From Phallusia mammillata (Eukaryota), in NCBI GenBank assembly GCA_965637545.1, contig OZ281498.1:21080001-21144000 (forward strand): a DNA stretch of 64,000 bases, read 5' to 3'. The notes below the pieces were generated by a model that searched no databases, was not told where the DNA came from, and worked only from the letters and a program-made list of their open reading frames with translations. Position numbers and translations under genes: made by a program. Position 1 is the first letter of the stretch. Every line of letters begins with the position of its first letter. Below, piece after piece: positions 58,874 through 64,000 of this stretch.

Positions 58874-61745
58874 TTAGGTTTGTAATTGTTGATTTTCTAC
58901 CTCTTGGTCAGTTGTAACTACAATTGTTGCCTTTCTGTCTTGAAGCATGTACAAAGTGTCTTTCATTTGCATATTAAGATTTTCATCAGATTCAGATAAT
59001 ATTTCAATTTGTTTTTTCACCCGCTTTGCCGAAGAGCTCCCTGAACTTTGATTTACAGGGTACTTTTTCGCAAACTCTGCAAGTTCAGTGCAGCCTGTGG
59101 TATCACATTCTGTGTTCAATCGCTCCATTATCCTTGCAAGATTGCCGCATACCTCACGGAGCAAGTCAGTTGAAGTTACAACAGTCGACACCTTTTTAAT
59201 GTCCGAAGCGAGCTCTGATATTTGCAAAATATATTTTTGAGCTTCCGTAACTTCACCGAAATTGTGTCCAGAATGAGCTTCGAGAGGTGGAAACATAACA
59301 CGAACCATGAATTCTTTGTACACAGCATGGTCACCCTTTTGAAGTGATTTTCTAATTAGTCGGCTTGTTGTCGTTCGACTTGGCTTTGCTAAGTCATCCG
59401 TCTATGAATAAAACATTCCCATTTTCATTACATGTCACTGTATCTTATTACACCTGACTTTAAATGTTATGGTTCAACGATAAAGAAGGACTATTTTTGC
59501 CCATTAGAGGCAGTATTAAGTTATCACGAGTTTCTACCGCTTATAAACTGATAATTTACATTTCTTGCACAATTTTACCCGGTATTGCGGAAATCTGAGG
59601 ACTTCTATGATATTGATGGTAGCTTTACAATTTCCTTTCTTTGATCCTTTGTTGCAGTGATATCTTTTTCTCTCTTTTTGTTCTCCATTGACCTGTAAAA
59701 TTGAGTTATTTCAAAAACTTTACTCAGTTACAAATAATTTTGGTTCATAGCAACCCCAAATTACCATGCTTTTCCGAGGAAATAACTGAAATATTTGTCT
59801 AACAACTAATGCATTACAGTTTGGGTATCAGTTGACATTAAGCCAATATATATCCCTGATCAGTCATATTTGTCTGTATTTATTTAAAAGTGACAATTAG
59901 TGTTTGTTACAGGATCTTTTCCACAAATAATAGGCATCATATGCCAATGATCACTGATTAAAATTGTAATTTTCTGTGTGAATAAATAACAAAAGCAACA
60001 GTGCTTCCTAATCAGATTCAGTCAACAATAGTTTTAAACGAAAAAAAATTCTCCTTTAGGCGGCTCGAAAAGCAGTTCTGCATTAGTTAAAAAATATTAT
60101 TTTAGGACCTGAATAAAAATATTTATTTATTTTTTTCTTTATATTCATTCCGTCCAACTTTTAATTTGACAAAAAAAACATTTCAAAATCTTCTGATTTC
60201 TACCTGGTAAGGTCCAACACTTCTTTTTCGTCTCATTTCATTTGACTCCTTGTTTCTATCTTTAGCATGTTGGCATTCCAAGTTTAGGCTTCTTAACATA
60301 ATGTAAGGAACTCTGGTTACCGAATCCCAACGAATGCGACTTTTGGTTAAATCTAACAAAACAAAGGAAGGTTACAAGTCTTTACAAAAACACACATGTA
60401 AAGTAATTTGATAACAAAAATAATGCTCAAGTGGATGTTAAAAGCGACATGCTTTATTGTTCAAACATTTCGTGCAAATGCACATGTCATTATGAGTGAT
60501 ATGAAAGGCCACATCAGTTACACCCATTTATATTGAACTTTTATTATGTTTTTTTTTGAAATTTATCATCAGATTTATATGTAGTGTTAAAAAGTAGTTT
60601 GATATTGCAAGTTAGTTTTAAACATGCAAGTTCACATTGATTGCTGTACCTTCTCCATACTTATGGTTATTCAGTTTAATAAACTTTGTATGTGTAGATA
60701 TTTGATACAGCTCAATTGCATGCTTTGCTTCTTCGATTGTTGAATACCACTGAAACCACAAAAAGGGACATAATTAGGCAATTAATCAGCACTTAATCGC
60801 AAAGTTTGACTCATTTTTACTTGTGTAAATATTAGCGATGGGACGGGTACTCGGTATCGAACGATTTCAGTGGTATCGATACTCATACTCGGTATCGAAA
60901 TTTTTTGTCTCAGTTTTCGATACCAACGTGCGAGTACCGAAGGTCCATTTACACCAGTGGTTCCCAACCGGGGAGGAATTCCTCCCTAGGGAGGAATTTT
61001 ACGAGTTCAGGGGAGGAATTTCATAAAAACTGTAAAAAAATTACATTGGAAATGTTACAGAATATTTTTGTATGTACATTACTATATCCTTTATAATTTG
61101 GACCCGGTTCACATTTGGAACCGGTTGTAAAGGATTCTGAAATGGACATCCCTAATTATAAGGTCTATTTCAAATTGCTATAATTTTTTATGTTATATTT
61201 GTTTTCCGTCGTGTGGGGAGGAATGGGTAGTTCGAAAATGGGCAAAGGGAGGAATATAACAAAAAAGGTTGGGAACCACTGATTTACACCATAAGAATAC
61301 GGGCAACTTTATGCCAATATTTGCTTCGGACAGCACAAAATCGGGAAAAAGTTCTGCCAGGTTACGTATATTTTTTTCACTATCGTATGGAGAATACATT
61401 TTTCTGCATGTGTGTGTGCACGCCTGTACCCCGGCCATGACAGATAAATTAGTCAGTGATATACAACTAAGTACAACACTGTACTTAAGTACTCGGTATC
61501 AAAGGTATATACATGTGGTACTTGTACTCGGTATCGGTACTCGCTTCAAAACCTGGTATCATCCCATCACTAGTAAATATTTATAATACCTGGATAAGGT
61601 CTTGGCCTGCAAAATAGGGAATGCTGTCATCATGTTTTGTTGGAATGTATTCAATCGTTATTTCTGTATCTGAATTTCCACTACCAAGCATGTATTCATC
61701 ATTAACTATCTCCACAATCTCTGGTGTTTCATTACCAGATGTCAT
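58874..61745 (-). CDS. CaRF-like (ALS2CR8 domain) protein, about 348 aa; exons 61745-61590, 60749-60650, 60352-60204, 59692-59579, 59401-58874
   Basis: GT-AG phase-consistent chain (1047 nt). VPYIMLRSLNLECQHAKDR, SKKGNCKATINIIEVLRFPQYR and VMFPPLEAHSGH align by eye with CaRF motifs (IPF...[37 protein letters not shown]). Orthology not established. Confidence 0.75.
60833..61572. mobile_element. Second copy of the TAGTGATGGG MITE, carrying a nested MITE
   Basis: TAGCGATGGGA / TCCCATCACTA; perfect TSD GTAAATAT. Confidence 0.92.
60955..61281. mobile_element. Nested hAT MITE (327 bp)
   Basis: CAGTGGTTCCCAACC / GGTTGGGAACCACTG; perfect TSD ATTTACAC; empty site in the 58.4 kb copy. Confidence 0.93.
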
Positions 61746-61764
61746 TTTATGATTTAATTATTCT

Positions 61765-62450
61765 GTGTTGTAACAGAATTTGTAAAACCATCGTTGTGCT
61801 TTGAAAGTGTTGAAAACGATTTTATTCGGTTCTAAACCAACTTGCTTCTAGCAAAAAACGTGAATGTTTTGTCTTTTTGACATTAGCTTGTGATTTTATT
61901 TCAATTTCCACAAATCTACTAATCTAAAACGGAATCGTAAACTTCCCCTTTTCTGAGTTGGTTTTGCAGTTTGTGACGTCATTAAAGTAGAGGTCATATG
62001 ACGTAATCATTATCAAACACTTGCCTGTTTATTCCATTTGATGTAATTTTGCATATCAAACGGTATGTAATTAAAACGGTATGAATAAATAATTTGTTAA
62101 ATTTAGGAATAATTTGTTTTTAAAGCGACTTTTTAAATGCACACACAAAAACCAAAAGCAAAATCAATGCAATCGACTTTGAAACAGTTTACAGTTTATT
62201 TTTGTTGGCGTTTGAGTTTCAATAATCACACTTTCAAAATGAAAATTTCATCATTCAAGCAATTTTGCACAAAAATCGTAAAAAAGCCATGCTTTTCTCT
62301 TTGCGCTTGAGTAGTCATGACTTCGTGACCTACGAAACGAAAGGCGAAGGAAAGTTATGGCTGTAATTTAATTTTTACTAAATTCGCAAATATTGAGCTG
62401 TAAACTGCAGCTATGTGGATATGCAACGTTTCAAAAATGTAAAATACAGG
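61765..62450. promoter_or_regulatory. Probable bidirectional promoter
   Basis: Lies between the divergent CaRF-like gene and the next gene; TGACGTCA at 61974 and TGACGTAA nearby; CpG-richer. Confidence 0.4.
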
Positions 62451-62457
62451 TTCCGCC

Positions 62458-63499
62458 ATGTCTGTGCTTCGACTAAATAGGAGAGCTGCCTTTCAACAGC
62501 TCAAATCGGCAGAGTTCTTGTCAACCAACAAAAAACCTTCAAGCACACGAACCACACGACGGTTGTCAGGTGAGATTGTACTGGTACACGCCAAAAAACC
62601 TGTCTTGCAAGGTAAAAAGTCATTGGACGATAGAGGTTTATTTATGGGGGGACACCTAACCCAAACGTTGAAACGCAGTACAACACGTGACAGGCAGATG
62701 CTGACGGTTAGTGGTGCTTTGTCTTGTTTGGGAGGGTTTTTTTGTACGTTATAACCCTGCTTCTGCCTTAAAGGAATTCATCACTCTCCTGGCGTTCTGC
62801 AAAAATATTGGTGATTTTTTTGCATGTGAATAAAAGCTTCAACTGTTACACAACGCTGCATTAAGGTCTGCTTTTAGCAATACTAAATTTGCACATTTTG
62901 TTAATAGTATGTACTTGCCAAACCAAAAGGGTAGTTCATTCATGGATGGAAAAATGTGAGCAGTAATTGACCTTGAATGAGGTGTATTTTAACAAAATAA
63001 ACTCCAGGGAAAATTTCAAAGGGTTACATCATTTTTTTGCATTGGATGTCTAAAACATCACACCTCTTGAACATTCACTTACGCCAAAGACATTTCCTAT
63101 GGTTTTAAACACCACTTTTTGGTTTAGCAGTTCGGTACTTGTGTTTAAGAGGCGCCTTAGTAATCTTAGTGTTGTTTCTAAAGTTATTTGCTTCAGACTA
63201 AACTGACGATCCTATTATTTTCAAACATACAACTTCAATTTGATTCTGATTATTTGCCACTGTTTAAGTAATTTTGGATAATTAGCAATTGTTTCATTTT
63301 GCAGGTACCTTAAGAAAACACAGTGCAAAATTGGCCGAGCAGAACACATGTTCCCACACTTCGCTGTCGTGGTGCCATTATCGGTATTATCACCAAAGCT
63401 TGAATGCTGTATCATACAAACATGATGATTTTTGTGATCAAGAGGATGCCGTTACTGAAGAATATATAGAAAACTGGCCTGAAAGTAGTGAATTCATAG
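62458..63499 (+). CDS. First two coding exons of an unidentified gene (62458-62569, 63305-63499); continues beyond the window
   Basis: TCAG|GTGAGA donor, TTTTGCAG acceptor and ATAG|GTATGA donor, phase-consistent. N-terminus is R/S/L-rich and nearly acid-free, like a mitochondrial presequence. Confidence 0.55.
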
Positions 63500-63623
63500 G
63501 TATGAGTTGTTTAATAATTTCACAGTTTTATATGGTACAATAAAGAAGAACTATATTCTGTACCGTTATAAATACAGTAAACCTATAGTAAAATATTTGC
63601 CTAATTTGAACAAAACTCTAGGG

Positions 63624-63700
63624 CAGGGGTGGGGAACCTACTTAGTACTGCAGGCCGCATGAATTGCACAACATTTTCGGGCGGGCCAAATATTTATTTA
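63624..63700. mobile_element. hAT MITE left end
   Basis: CAGGGGTGGGGAACC...GCAGGCCGCATG; right end not found. Confidence 0.5.
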
Positions 63701-64000
63701 TATTCAAATTCCGTGTAAAAATACCCAAAGCACATAAGTGGTTTTATATTTCATCGCTCTAGATTTGATTTTTTCTTTGCTGCTACATGTTTGCAACAAA
63801 CAAGGCATGCAGGTTTATCACTTATTTCGACTAAAAAACAATATAAGGATCGCACGCTAATCACTCTAAAATCAAAAACAAAACTAACAACACATGCCAA
63901 ATGATATGTTACTGCAAGGAGAGGCAATCCAGTGACTGTTACGTCACAATTATAGCAAGCGGTTGAATCCGAGACATTTTTTGTAAGTTTTACGTCATAA

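Overview
AT-rich eukaryotic DNA with GT-AG introns. The compact genes, vertebrate-like orthologues and acceptor sites just upstream of start codons suggest an invertebrate chordate, probably an ascidian (inference, not proven). The left third (1-22.4 kb) is accessory. It holds a decayed tandem array of an unidentified multi-exon gene family on the minus strand (at least 6 copies of one coding exon), a recent but triply disabled BEL/Pao LTR retrotransposon (4621-11954, TSD GTGAC), and many hAT-type MITEs. The rest is a housekeeping block: intronless TMEM161 (+), C18orf32/UPF0729 (-), BPNT2/IMPAD1 (+, 7 exons), CSPP1 (+, 30 coding exons, about 1243 aa), intronless TDP1 with a PBZ finger (-), a CaRF/ALS2CR8-domain gene (-, 5 exons) and the first two exons of an unidentified gene (+). 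CSPP1 introns carry a Penelope-like element with inverted pseudo-LTRs and two minimal hammerhead ribozymes, tRNA-derived SINEs and a dense TGACGTCA cluster. No rRNA, intact tRNA gene or CRISPR array was seen. All exon models and family calls were made by eye from recalled motifs; no search was run.
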